Assembly (NCBI GenBank): GCA_964399335.1
Contig: CAYNQI010000005.1
Location: 1 to 50,942, forward strand
Direction of reading: 5' to 3'
DNA length: 50,942 nucleotides
Source: an uncultured Thermoplasmata archaeon
Lineage (GTDB): Archaea; Thermoplasmatota; Thermoplasmata; Halarchaeoplasmatales; Halarchaeoplasmataceae
Every line of letters starts with the position of its first letter. The stretch's first letter is position 1. A model generated the notes under the pieces. The model was not told the origin of the DNA, searched no databases, and saw nothing but the letters and a program-made list of their open reading frames with translations. The translations under genes and the position numbers were made by a program. Shown piece after piece: positions 8,677 to 17,630 of this stretch.

Positions 8677-9459
8677 TTAATTTTCTTCTCTATAAAATTT
8701 TCCTTTTCCACCTTTCTCTTCTATTTTACTAAGTGCTTTTTTGGCTTGATTTCTGAATGTTTCTTCTGCAACTTTATAATCATCGGATTGAATATTTATT
8801 CGGTATTTTGGTGAAGCAATATAATCCACATCGATTTTTGCATCCTCAGTATCTTCGAATGCTGAAAGAGCATATTTTATGTCTTCAATTCCCGAAGGGT
8901 TAGGTGAAGTCAATTCGATAAATCCTGAAATGTTTATGTAGGGTGGTTTGATGTTGTCTTTTGCGACCTCTATGAAATGTTCAATCCAATCCCCATCAAA
9001 TCCTTTATTTTCTAAAATCTTTGGATGGATGGTTGTTTCTTCAAAAGCTTTGTATAAACTTCCAAATTCTTCACTAAGTTCCAAACCAAATTCGTCATAA
9101 CATCTATCTATATCCCAGTCTAATTCATCGGCCACTATTTGTAATAATTTTTCGGCTTTTTTCTGGTTTTTCCATGCTTGTATTTTTTCTCTTTTCTGAT
9201 GTTCGTTAACTTGCTTTAATGAAAGATCAATATGGCCCTTTGAACGATCAACATTCAAGACTTTGCAAACTCGTTTTTCGTCTTCTCTAATATAATCTTT
9301 AATTCTCTTAACCCATCCAGAAGAAATCTCAGAAATATGGATAAAACCTTCTTTATTATCATATTCTTCAAGTTCTAGGAATGCACCAAAATCTTTAACT
9401 GATTTAACGTAACCTATAACCAATTCACCATCACTGGGCCATTCATAATCCTCTGCCAT
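8677..9459 (-). CDS. eif2a: Translation initiation factor 2 alpha subunit (aIF2-alpha)
   Basis: S1 domain (WPSDGELVIGYV...GFIHISEISSGW) and position after L44e-S27e. Confidence 0.97.
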   Translation of the reverse strand: MAEDYEWPSDGELVIGYVKSVKDFGAFLELEEYDNKEGFIHISEISSGWVKRIKDYIREDEKRVCKVLNVDRSKGHIDLSLKQVNEHQKREKIQAWKNQKKAEKLLQIVADELDWDIDRCYDEFGLELSEEFGSLYKAFEETTIHPKILENKGFDGDWIEHFIEVAKDNIKPPYINISGFIELTSPNPSGIEDIKYALSAFEDTEDAKIDVDYIASPKYRINIQSDDYKVAEETFRNQAKKALSKIEEKGGKGKFYREEN

Positions 9460-9647
9460 TATTCTTCCTCTTCTAAATCAATTAGCTCACCTTTAAAATC
9501 TGCGATCCCTCCAGTAGGTTCTGCTAATTTAGTTCCGCAAACATTACAGCTCACTAAAGATGAAACTTTAAGAAAGGTTCTTTGCTCATTACCACAGTCT
9601 ATACATTTAACTTTCACAAATGATTCTTGAGTTTTTTTATTCTTCAT
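9459..9647 (-). CDS. rps27e: 30S ribosomal protein S27e
   Basis: FVKVKCIDCGNEQ...CNVCG..LAEPTGG. Confidence 0.97.
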   Translation of the reverse strand: MKNKKTQESFVKVKCIDCGNEQRTFLKVSSLVSCNVCGTKLAEPTGGIADFKGELIDLEEEE

Positions 9648-9661
9648 ATGTTATCACCAGT

Positions 9662-9940
9662 TTATTCTTTAAATTCGAATCTTCTAGATCTTTTACCTTT
9701 TTTCTGCCATGTTTTTCCGCACTCGGTACAGGTATATTTAAGGTAAACTCTCTTTACTGGTTTTCCAGCACCAGAAGGTTTTGACCACGGAAAGCCTCCA
9801 TATCCAGATGTAACTCTTCTGAACCTTCTTTGACCTTTCCGTAATTCACTACCTGGCCTGTTTTTACCTTTAGACAACTCCATATCTGTATGCGTGTCAC
9901 AACTCGGACAATAATCCTTTATTTTACGTGGTTTTTTCAT
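9662..9940 (-). CDS. rpl44e: 50S ribosomal protein L44e
   Basis: YCPSCDTHT...RRFRRVTSGYGGFP...CTECGK. Start moved to the second Met (9940), which follows an SD-like GAGG. Confidence 0.96.
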   Translation of the reverse strand: MKKPRKIKDYCPSCDTHTDMELSKGKNRPGSELRKGQRRFRRVTSGYGGFPWSKPSGAGKPVKRVYLKYTCTECGKTWQKKGKRSRRFEFKE

Positions 9941-10000
9941 ACTGATTCGCCTCATAAGTAGATTGCATATTAATATCTTACCCTTTAAATTAGAGTTTGT

Positions 10001-11203
10001 TCATATCCAATCCGCTTCTAATTTATCCAACTGGAGATTGACTCTTGTTTTTATATCTTTCGGATTCGGATAATCTTTTATAATTTCTCCATTTTCTATG
10101 TACATCTCTAACATAGGAATCATTGTTTCTCCACACTCACAAAATGGCTGGATATGTTTCTCCTTCCATGGTTTCATCTTATATTTAAAGCATGAAGGAC
10201 ATCTAAAAGCTTGCTTTTTACCACTAAATTTCCCTCTTTTTGCAACGAGTTCACCTTCTTTTTCAACGATATCCATAGCAAAATTAATAGTTCTAGCATT
10301 GGATATACTTGTTCCAACACCAAATGCATCAACCCCAGCATTTTTCAGATCGGGTATTGAGTATTCATTCATACCCCCTGAAGTTATGATCTTAGCATTG
10401 ATTCCTCTAGACTTCATTTCCCATTTTACTTCTTGCACTATTTTAACTAAGTCCCCTCTTCGTGAGGAAGGTGTATCTAATCTAACACCATATAACTTAT
10501 TCCCCATGGCTTCATAAGCCATCATAGTTTCCATCTTTTCGTCTTGGTATGTATCCACAAGAGCTATTCTTGAAATATCTTCTGATAAAGATTCATCGAA
10601 AGCTTTGAAAGCCTCTTTTGGATCCCCAAAAATAATGGATAATGAATGTGGCATGGTTCCAGTTGGTTTGATTCCAACTTCTTCAGCCCCTAATATACAT
10701 GAAATAGAATCGCAGCCACCGATGAAAGCTGCGCGATCGATAACAGGGGCGATACCCGGATGCATCCTTCTTATTCCAAAGGACATGACTTGACGATCAC
10801 CAGCCGCAAGCTTGACTCTAGCTGATTTTGTAGCGACTCCTGAAGCATGACAGATGCAACCCAGCATAGGAGTTTCATATATACAAAATTCATCATATGG
10901 TCCTTCTATGAACATTATCGGGGTATATACTCCGTTGATACCTCTTGCTCTAAAAATTGTACCCTCTGGGATTGAATATAAATCTAAATCTTTACCTTCT
11001 ACAAAATTAAAAACCTCATCAAGACCTACAAAGATACCCCATTCCCAGTCTTTTGGTAACGATGAGGTAGTAAACTCAGCCACAACATTTTCATCACCTA
11101 ATCCTTTTTTCTCGAATATTTCAATAGTATTTTCAAAATAAACATCTGTTGTTTTGCCTGAAAGTATATCGTCTTCATCAGCTATATGGAATCGATTCAT
11201 CAT
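10001..11203 (-). CDS. pncB: Nicotinate phosphoribosyltransferase (archaeal type)
   Basis: TTDVYF, SFGIRRMHP, GTMPHS, ALVDTY, GVRLDTPSSRRG, GVGTSI and a C-terminal Zn ribbon. Confidence 0.93.
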   Translation of the reverse strand: MMNRFHIADEDDILSGKTTDVYFENTIEIFEKKGLGDENVVAEFTTSSLPKDWEWGIFVGLDEVFNFVEGKDLDLYSIPEGTIFRARGINGVYTPIMFIEGPYDEFCIYETPMLGCICHASGVATKSARVKLAAGDRQVMSFGIRRMHPGIAPVIDRAAFIGGCDSISCILGAEEVGIKPTGTMPHSLSIIFGDPKEAFKAFDESLSEDISRIALVDTYQDEKMETMMAYEAMGNKLYGVRLDTPSSRRGDLVKIVQEVKWEMKSRGINAKIITSGGMNEYSIPDLKNAGVDAFGVGTSISNARTINFAMDIVEKEGELVAKRGKFSGKKQAFRCPSCFKYKMKPWKEKHIQPFCECGETMIPMLEMYIENGEIIKDYPNPKDIKTRVNLQLDKLEADWI

Positions 11204-11353
11204 TAATCATCATCTAATTCACGTATATTTTATTTATATTTTGTTTTTTTCTCAATAAATTAAATTTTTCTTGTAATAACTATCATACCAAAATTATTTA
11301 TATAAGCCATATATGGCGGAGGGAACAGGGACAAAATAACGGAAGTGAAACAG

Positions 11354-11419
11354 ATGTGCAAGAAAAGGAAAGAAGCGATAAAACTGATAGACGAGATAAT
11401 AGATGAGTTAAAACAATGA
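11354..11419 (+). CDS. Possible 21-aa small ORF (MCKKRKEAIKLIDEIIDELKQ)
   Basis: ATG-TGA frame preceded by a GGAAGTGA SD-like sequence and by TTTATATA at ~11298-11304. Amphipathic helix pattern. No homology evidence. Confidence 0.3.
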   Translation: MCKKRKEAIKLIDEIIDELKQ

Positions 11420-11456
11420 TTATACAAGGAACAGACTTGATTCAAGTGAGGATCCT

Positions 11457-13094
11457 TTAATATTTACCTCTTTTTATTATAATGGCCAACAACCATAGTC
11501 CTATCATAACCGATACTAAGAATATATAAGGTCCAAAGAGTGGTTGATCTGTTGCAAGTACTAAAAGTGCCGAACCTATTATTATCGAGGCTAAAATAAT
11601 TGTAAAACTCAATCGATTAGAAACTAATTCGATTGTATATTCCAGGTTATCCAATCCTTTATGTTCAATTGCAACAGCCAATTCTTCATTTTCTATTCTT
11701 TCCAAGATATTATTCATACGATCTGGTAATTTAGAGAATAAATCATGGAATCCTTTAGCTGTGCCTAATAATTTATCGATTTGTGTTTTTGGACCGTACT
11801 TTTGTTTTATGATCTCTTTAATTACTGGTTTTGCAGCTTCAAAAAAATCAAATTCGGGGTCTAATGCACTGCATACACCTTCAGTGGCTATTAGAGCCCT
11901 TTCCATCAGTAAGAAGTTTGGAGGTAATGTAATATTGTGTTTAAGAGCTATATTCATTATCTCTTCGTTTGCCCCCTCAAGGAACGAGATATCTCTTTTT
12001 CTTTTATAAAGTTCTAAGACATCTTCTATATCCCATTCTAATTCGTTTTTGTCTATTTTACCATGGACCATCCCTATATCCAATAAGATATCCATGATCT
12101 TTTTGGTGTCATTTCTCGCCATGGCTATGAACATGTCGATCAATTTTTTCCTTCGATTATCCGAAAGCCTTCCGATAGCCCCAAAGTCAAGTAATGCTAG
12201 AGTTCCATCTTCTTTGAAAAAGATATTTCCGGGAGAAGGATCTGCGTGGAAAACACCATGGATGAAAAATTGCTTCAACATAGCCCTAGCCATCTCTGTA
12301 GCTAGTTTTTTCTTAAGCTCCTTTGGATAATCACCATGAATAGCTTTTGTTATACTTTTACCCTTTATATTTTCAAGAACCAACACTTTTTTAGTTACAT
12401 ATTCCCAATAAACTTTTGGAATTTTAAGATCGTCATCATCCTCGAACGCATCATAAAATTTTTGTGCATTCCTAGCTTCGGTAGTAAAGTCCATCTCCTT
12501 CTCAAGCATCTTTTGGAATTCATTTATTGTATCTTCAGGATGGTACATTTCACTTTCTGGAATATGTCTTTCGATAAGTTTGGCTAACTTTTTAATCAAC
12601 TCCATATCGGCTTGGACCATCCTTCTAATTCCAGGTCTTTGAACTTTCACAACTACCTCTTCACCGGTTTTGAGGGTTGCCTCGTGAACTTGTCCAATAG
12701 AAGCTGCACCTAATGGATAGTTATAAAAGTCTTCAAAAATATCACAAAGATCACCATCTAATTCTTTTTCGATTATCTTTTTAGCCTTCTCGGGAGAAAA
12801 AGGTGTTGCTTCTTCATATAATTCATTTAGTTCGTTAGCAAATTGTGGTGGAACTAAGTCTGGTCTCATAGCTAAAAATTGCCCTAACTTTATGAAGGTA
12901 GGACCTAGATCCTCAAAAAGTCCCCTTATATCCTCAGCTTTTGTTTCTTTCATTTTTTCTTCAAGAGATTTTTCTAATCTTTCTTTAGAGATGAAACTTT
13001 TAAGCCCTAATTCTTCGATAAAGTCTATTAGACCATGTTCTAGTAGTATCTTAGCAATTTTTCTGAGTCGATCTATCTTGGTACGTCTTTTCAT
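11457..13094 (-). CDS. ABC1/UbiB (AarF) family atypical kinase
   Basis: LGPTFIKLGQ, AASIGQVH, VVVKVQRP, FHADPSPGNI, LLDFG and C-terminal TM helices. Confidence 0.93.
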   Translation of the reverse strand: MKRRTKIDRLRKIAKILLEHGLIDFIEELGLKSFISKERLEKSLEEKMKETKAEDIRGLFEDLGPTFIKLGQFLAMRPDLVPPQFANELNELYEEATPFSPEKAKKIIEKELDGDLCDIFEDFYNYPLGAASIGQVHEATLKTGEEVVVKVQRPGIRRMVQADMELIKKLAKLIERHIPESEMYHPEDTINEFQKMLEKEMDFTTEARNAQKFYDAFEDDDDLKIPKVYWEYVTKKVLVLENIKGKSITKAIHGDYPKELKKKLATEMARAMLKQFFIHGVFHADPSPGNIFFKEDGTLALLDFGAIGRLSDNRRKKLIDMFIAMARNDTKKIMDILLDIGMVHGKIDKNELEWDIEDVLELYKRKRDISFLEGANEEIMNIALKHNITLPPNFLLMERALIATEGVCSALDPEFDFFEAAKPVIKEIIKQKYGPKTQIDKLLGTAKGFHDLFSKLPDRMNNILERIENEELAVAIEHKGLDNLEYTIELVSNRLSFTIILASIIIGSALLVLATDQPLFGPYIFLVSVMIGLWLLAIIIKRGKY

Positions 13095-13201
13095 CCGGTT
13101 ATTAATACTAAGAAGAGTGATTTATAATTTAGGTTAGAAATTAACATGATTATCTTAAGGTAAAATTAATTATACTTGTCTGTATTCCTTTTTGTGAAAC
13201 C

Positions 13202-14569
13202 ATGAACGAACCTGAGCCTTTCAAAATCAAGATGGTAGAACCTTTAAAACGATTAGATAAAGAGGAAAGAAGGAAAAAAATAGTGGAAGCGGGTTACAAT
13301 GTTTTCAAATTAAGGTCATCTGATGTTTACATAGACTTGCTAACTGATTCGGGAACCTCCTCTATGAGCGATGAACAATGGGGTGAGATGTTCAAAACAG
13401 AACAGGCTTATGCTGGTAGTGACTCCTATTACCTTTTAGAAAAAACAGTCAAGGAAATATTTGGTTTTGATAAATTTGTTCCAGTTCATCAAGGGAGAGC
13501 GGCAGAAAATATATTGTTTTCAGAATTGGTGAATGATGGAGATTTTGTTCCAAATAATATGCATTTTGACACCACTAAAGCTAATGTTAAACACAAAGGT
13601 GGAACACCTGTGAACTTAGTCAGAGATGAAGCTTATGATATTGATAAAAAAGTAGATTTCAAAGGTAATTTGGATACTAAAAAACTAAGTGATTTCATTG
13701 AAGACAAAGGTACTGATAAAATACCTGTGATAATGTTGACCGTTACGAACAACACTGGAGGAGGGCAACCTGTATCTATGGAAAATATTGAGGAGGTTTC
13801 TAAAGTTGCAAAGGAGTATAGTATACCACTTTTCTTAGATGCCTGTAGATTTGCTGAGAATGCATTTTTCATTAAGGAAAGAGAAAAAGGCTACAATTCT
13901 AAGTCAATAAGAGAAATAGTTAAAGAAATGTTCTCTTACGTAGATGGCTTTACTTTTAGTGCTAAGAAGGAAGGTTTAGTAAATATCGGTGGATTGATCG
14001 GTGTAAGAGATGAAGAATTACAGGAAAGATGTGAAAACTTAGGGATCATAATAGAAGGGTTTCCTACCTATGGAGGAATGGCATGTAGAGAACTATCTGC
14101 CATGGCTAAAGGCATAGAAGAAGCAACTACCTATGAGTATCAAAAGTATCGACATCAACAAGTTCAATTTTTAGCAGATAGGTTAGTAGAAGCAGGCGTC
14201 CCTATTATTGAACCTGCTGGAGGACATGCTGTTTTCATAGATGCAAAATTCTTCCTTCCACATATATCTCAAGAGAATTTCCCTGCACAAGCCCTTACAG
14301 TACAACTTTACATAGAATCTGGTATACGTGGAGTAGAGTTAGGAACGAGTGCTTTTGGAGAGCTGGATAAAGAAGGTAACGTTATTCCAGCAGAGATGGA
14401 AACTATGAGGTTAGCCATACCTAGAAGGGTTTACACACTTAATCAATTAAATTATGTTGCTGAGTCGGTTATTAAATTATATGAAAATCGAGAAAGCATA
14501 AAGGGTCTAAAAAGAACATATGCACCAAAGTTGTTGGGACACTTTAAAGCTGAATTCGAACCTCTATGA
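13202..14569 (+). CDS. tnaA: Tryptophanase (beta-eliminating PLP lyase)
   Basis: EPFKIKMVEP, DLLTDSGT and the PLP-lysine motif SAKKEGLVNIGG. C-terminal GHF (His) fits tryptophanase better than tyrosine phenol-lyase (RFF). Confidence 0.85.
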   Translation: MNEPEPFKIKMVEPLKRLDKEERRKKIVEAGYNVFKLRSSDVYIDLLTDSGTSSMSDEQWGEMFKTEQAYAGSDSYYLLEKTVKEIFGFDKFVPVHQGRAAENILFSELVNDGDFVPNNMHFDTTKANVKHKGGTPVNLVRDEAYDIDKKVDFKGNLDTKKLSDFIEDKGTDKIPVIMLTVTNNTGGGQPVSMENIEEVSKVAKEYSIPLFLDACRFAENAFFIKEREKGYNSKSIREIVKEMFSYVDGFTFSAKKEGLVNIGGLIGVRDEELQERCENLGIIIEGFPTYGGMACRELSAMAKGIEEATTYEYQKYRHQQVQFLADRLVEAGVPIIEPAGGHAVFIDAKFFLPHISQENFPAQALTVQLYIESGIRGVELGTSAFGELDKEGNVIPAEMETMRLAIPRRVYTLNQLNYVAESVIKLYENRESIKGLKRTYAPKLLGHFKAEFEPL

Positions 14570-14580
14570 ATAAATAAATT

Positions 14581-14850
14581 TCATATATCTTGGAATTGGA
14601 CTACATATCTTCGATTAGGAGAAGGTGAAATCTTTAACAGGATTTCCTTATCAAGATTATAATATTTTCTTCTCCCTCTTGTTTCTGAAGAGATAATACC
14701 AGCATTTTCTAACAAGTTTAAATGATATTTAGCAGTTTTACCATCCATGCCCGCCTTTTCCATCAATTCAGATACATACATTTCACGTTCACTGAGTAGA
14801 TGAAGTATCTTTAAGCGAGTTTTCGATCCCAATATATCTAAACCGTCCAT
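14581..14850 (-). CDS. ArsR-family winged-HTH transcriptional regulator
   Basis: LGSKTRLKILHLL...MYVSEL...HLNLLENAGII....GRRKYY. Confidence 0.88.
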   Translation of the reverse strand: MDGLDILGSKTRLKILHLLSEREMYVSELMEKAGMDGKTAKYHLNLLENAGIISSETRGRRKYYNLDKEILLKISPSPNRRYVVQFQDI

Positions 14851-14925
14851 TTTCTCACCTTGTAAGTATATTTTTCCTAAGAAAAGTTATATGTATGCAT
14901 GTATTTTTTAATTTCGGTGAAAAAA

Positions 14926-15219
14926 ATGGCAGAAATACCTACAGAAGAAAAAAGTCAAAAAAGAGTCATAACTGAAGGAGATCTTGAACATGAAATTTAT
15001 CTGAATAAAGACCAGATGGCTGAGTTCTTGATCGCCCTTGGTGAACAGATGAAGAAAGGAGATGAAATTACTGTTAAAACTGCAGAATGGGAAATACCAT
15101 TCAAATTCAGGGAACCTATAGAATTAGAGATCGACTTTGAAGGATATGGTGAAAAAGAATTGGAGATCGAGATAGAATTCAAAGGAAAAAGAGAAGACGA
15201 GGCACCTCAGATCTCCTAA
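14926..15219 (+). CDS. Amphi-Trp domain-containing protein
   Basis: EHEIYLNKDQMAEFLIALGEQM...WEIPF...IELEIDF...ELEIEIEF. Start moved to ATG 14926, after a GGTGA SD. Confidence 0.75.
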   Translation: MAEIPTEEKSQKRVITEGDLEHEIYLNKDQMAEFLIALGEQMKKGDEITVKTAEWEIPFKFREPIELEIDFEGYGEKELEIEIEFKGKREDEAPQIS

Positions 15220-15264
15220 AACCATTTTCAAAAACTTTTTTTAGACTTTTTTTATTGTTTAAGT

Positions 15265-15795
15265 ATGAAGTCGAAAGAAGTAGAGGGTTCGATATTTGAA
15301 TTGGTTAAAGGAGACATAACTCAACAGGATACTGAAGCTGTGGTAAACGCAGCAAATAAACGCTTAGCTCCTGGCGGAGGTGTTGCAGGTGCTATACACA
15401 AAGCGGCAGGACCGGAACTTTACGAAGAATGTAAAACATTAGGTGTTTGTGAAACAGGGGAAGCTAAGATCACCAAGGGTTACAACCTAAAAGCTGATTA
15501 TATAATACATACGGTAGGACCAATATTCTCAGGTACTGAAAGAGATGAAATAGATCTGAGAAGAAGTTATAGAAACAGTCTTGCAGTCGCCTCAGTTGAG
15601 GACATAGAAAGTGTTTCATTCCCTTCAATCAGCACTGGTGCATTTGGGTACCCGACTAAGGAAGCAGCTTACATTGCTTTAGAAGAGATAAAGGAGTTTT
15701 TAGAGGGAAACAATTTACCAGAATTGGTAAGGATGGTTCTTTACAATGCAGAGGACTATCGTATACACGAAGAAGCTTTAGAGGAAATATTTTAA
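15265..15795 (+). CDS. Macro domain protein (O-acetyl-ADP-ribose deacetylase / ADP-ribosylhydrolase)
   Basis: GDIT...AVVNAAN..L.PGGGVAGAIH.AAG, IIHTVGP, FPSISTGAFGYP. Confidence 0.93.
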   Translation: MKSKEVEGSIFELVKGDITQQDTEAVVNAANKRLAPGGGVAGAIHKAAGPELYEECKTLGVCETGEAKITKGYNLKADYIIHTVGPIFSGTERDEIDLRRSYRNSLAVASVEDIESVSFPSISTGAFGYPTKEAAYIALEEIKEFLEGNNLPELVRMVLYNAEDYRIHEEALEEIF

Positions 15796-15900
15796 AAAAC
15801 TACTTGAAAATCTGGTAAAAATCTCCGAATGGCGTATGTTTTACTCATATATGCAATAACTATAAATATTACTAAACATATTAGTAATCAATGTGATAAT

Positions 15901-16269
15901 ATGCCAAGAGGAGATAGAACAGGACCAGAAGGAATGGGACCTAAAACAGGCAGAGGACTAGGACACTGTACAGGATATTCAACACCAGGATTTACTAAAG
16001 GACCAGGTAGAGGATTTGCGCGAGGTATCGGTAGGGGAATCGGTAGAGGTCTAGGAAGAGGTTTTAGAGGCCGTAGGAGACGAGTATTCTTTCCTGACAG
16101 AGAAATGATGCCAGTAGATATAGGTATGTCTAGGCTTGCTCGAGAAGATCCTTACTACAGTACTTACGACAAAGAAGATGAAATCGAAGACCTAAAAGAT
16201 TACGCCGAATCTTTGAAAAGTGAACTAGAACAAGTTGAAAGTAGATTAGAAGAACTTTCCGAAGAATGA
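15901..16269 (+). CDS. DUF5320 family Gly/Arg-rich protein
   Basis: MPRGDRTGPEGMGPKTGRGLGHC, GRG repeats and a C-terminal coiled coil. Start moved to 15901. Confidence 0.85.
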   Translation: MPRGDRTGPEGMGPKTGRGLGHCTGYSTPGFTKGPGRGFARGIGRGIGRGLGRGFRGRRRRVFFPDREMMPVDIGMSRLAREDPYYSTYDKEDEIEDLKDYAESLKSELEQVESRLEELSEE

Positions 16270-16296
16270 GATATCACTTATCTGGGAGGACCCATA

Positions 16297-16322
16297 TAAA
16301 ACCCTTTTTTTATCTTTTTTTA
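16297..16322 (+). terminator. Oligo(T) terminator candidate after DUF5320
   Basis: TAAAACCCTTTTTTTATCTTTTTTT, a short distance downstream of the stop. Confidence 0.5.
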
Positions 16323-16388
16323 GATTTGTTTAAAGCTTAGCGATATAAAATAATTGGAAAAGCTATTTATAGAATCCAGTATTATTTT

Positions 16389-16688
16389 ATGATGATGCCT
16401 AGGAGAAGAAAAAGAAGAGGAGAACGAAGAGTTGGATCGATCCCAAAAAGACGATGTTTTTCTCCGACTGAAGGAGAATCAAAAGAGGTTGTTCTTAGAG
16501 TTGAAGAAGTAGAAACACTTCGATTAGTGGATCTAAAGAATATGACCCAGGAGGAAGCTGCTAGAGAGATGGATATATCTAGAAAGACACTTTGGAACGA
16601 TCTAAAAAGTGCTAGAAAGAAGGTAGCAAAAGCGCTGAGCGAAGGACTTACGATACGGATAGAAGGCGGGAAGTACCAGTTAAGGTAG
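16389..16688 (+). CDS. DUF134 family predicted DNA-binding protein
   Basis: MPR.R..RRV...P....F.P...VVLRVEEVETLRLVD...TQEEAA..M.ISRKT. Confidence 0.9.
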   Translation: MMMPRRRKRRGERRVGSIPKRRCFSPTEGESKEVVLRVEEVETLRLVDLKNMTQEEAAREMDISRKTLWNDLKSARKKVAKALSEGLTIRIEGGKYQLR

Positions 16689-16698
16689 AGTATTTTGC

Positions 16699-17496
16699 TC
16701 AAAATAATTTTTCTATTTCTTCCATTACACTACGTTTGACGTTTTCTGGTGTAAACTCTTCTAAATGACCAGGCACTTTTGCAATCGGTACGCCATTTTT
16801 TTCTAAGTATTTTAGTGCAGGTATGGTCTTATCTTTGAATTCCTGTAATCTTGATCTAATCTTTTCTTCGGTATCATCTGAACGCTGAATAACTTCGGTA
16901 CCACATTCTTTACATTTGTTTTCTTCAGTGGGGGGATCATATTTCAAGTGATAGACTTTACCACATTCTGGACAGATCCTTCTTTTAGTCGTCCTCTCGA
17001 TAATGAGCTTATTAGAATTCTCTACCCATACAACAAAGTCGATTGCGGTTCCCTTTTCCTCAACCAATTCAAGAAGGAACTCAGATTGGGAAAGTGTTCT
17101 TGGATAACCATCGAGAACTTGCCCACTGAATCCACGTTCTTCAAAATAGGATTTAAAAAGCTGATTAGTTATACGATCTGGTACGAAAAGTCCTTTCTCT
17201 ACGAAATATTTAGCCTTCATACCCAATATAATAGATTCATCTTCTGTACCTAGTTTTTCTGCAATATCACTATCAGGTATGAAATCATCTCCATTCCAGA
17301 ACTCATTTAAGTCTTCATCGTAATCAAAACCATCGAATTTCCCCAGGTATTTCCTGAAAATATTTCCAGTTGAAAGCTGTTCAAGTTCAAATTCATCAAC
17401 TAAAACGTCGATCCTAGGTTGTTTGCCAGCACCGCTTTTTCCGGTTACTATCACATTTGAAAGTTCATCAGGTACATTCCAATCCATATTTATCAA
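16699..17496 (-). CDS. adk: Adenylate/nucleoside monophosphate kinase with a Zn-binding LID and a variant P-loop
   Basis: GKSGAGKQP, STGNIFR, GLFVPD, LDGYPRT, CPECG...CKECG, QRSDD. Confidence 0.85.
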   Translation of the reverse strand: MINMDWNVPDELSNVIVTGKSGAGKQPRIDVLVDEFELEQLSTGNIFRKYLGKFDGFDYDEDLNEFWNGDDFIPDSDIAEKLGTEDESIILGMKAKYFVEKGLFVPDRITNQLFKSYFEERGFSGQVLDGYPRTLSQSEFLLELVEEKGTAIDFVVWVENSNKLIIERTTKRRICPECGKVYHLKYDPPTEENKCKECGTEVIQRSDDTEEKIRSRLQEFKDKTIPALKYLEKNGVPIAKVPGHLEEFTPENVKRSVMEEIEKLF

Positions 17497-17560
17497 CCTG
17501 TGAAAAGGGAGGACTGTATTTAAGCCTAACCATCCTTTATTGAAAAAGATTCAAAATTTA

Positions 17561-17583
17561 TTATGATTAGACTTTAATCGTAA
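17561..17583. promoter_or_regulatory. Imperfect palindrome directly upstream of the por operon TATA box
   Basis: TTATGATTA-GACTT-TAATCGTAA (one mismatch), followed by GATTTATTATA. Confidence 0.35.
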
Positions 17584-17630
17584 GATTTATTATACAGTTG
17601 AATGTGACTAGCATAAATGGAGAGGAAAAA

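Noticed and set aside
11260-11445. 61-aa minus-strand ORF
   Set aside because: Low-complexity hydrophobic shadow without an SD. The plus strand shows the better promoter, SD and ORF signals.
16382-16702. 106-aa minus-strand ORF opposite DUF134
   Set aside because: Shadow of a well-supported plus-strand gene.
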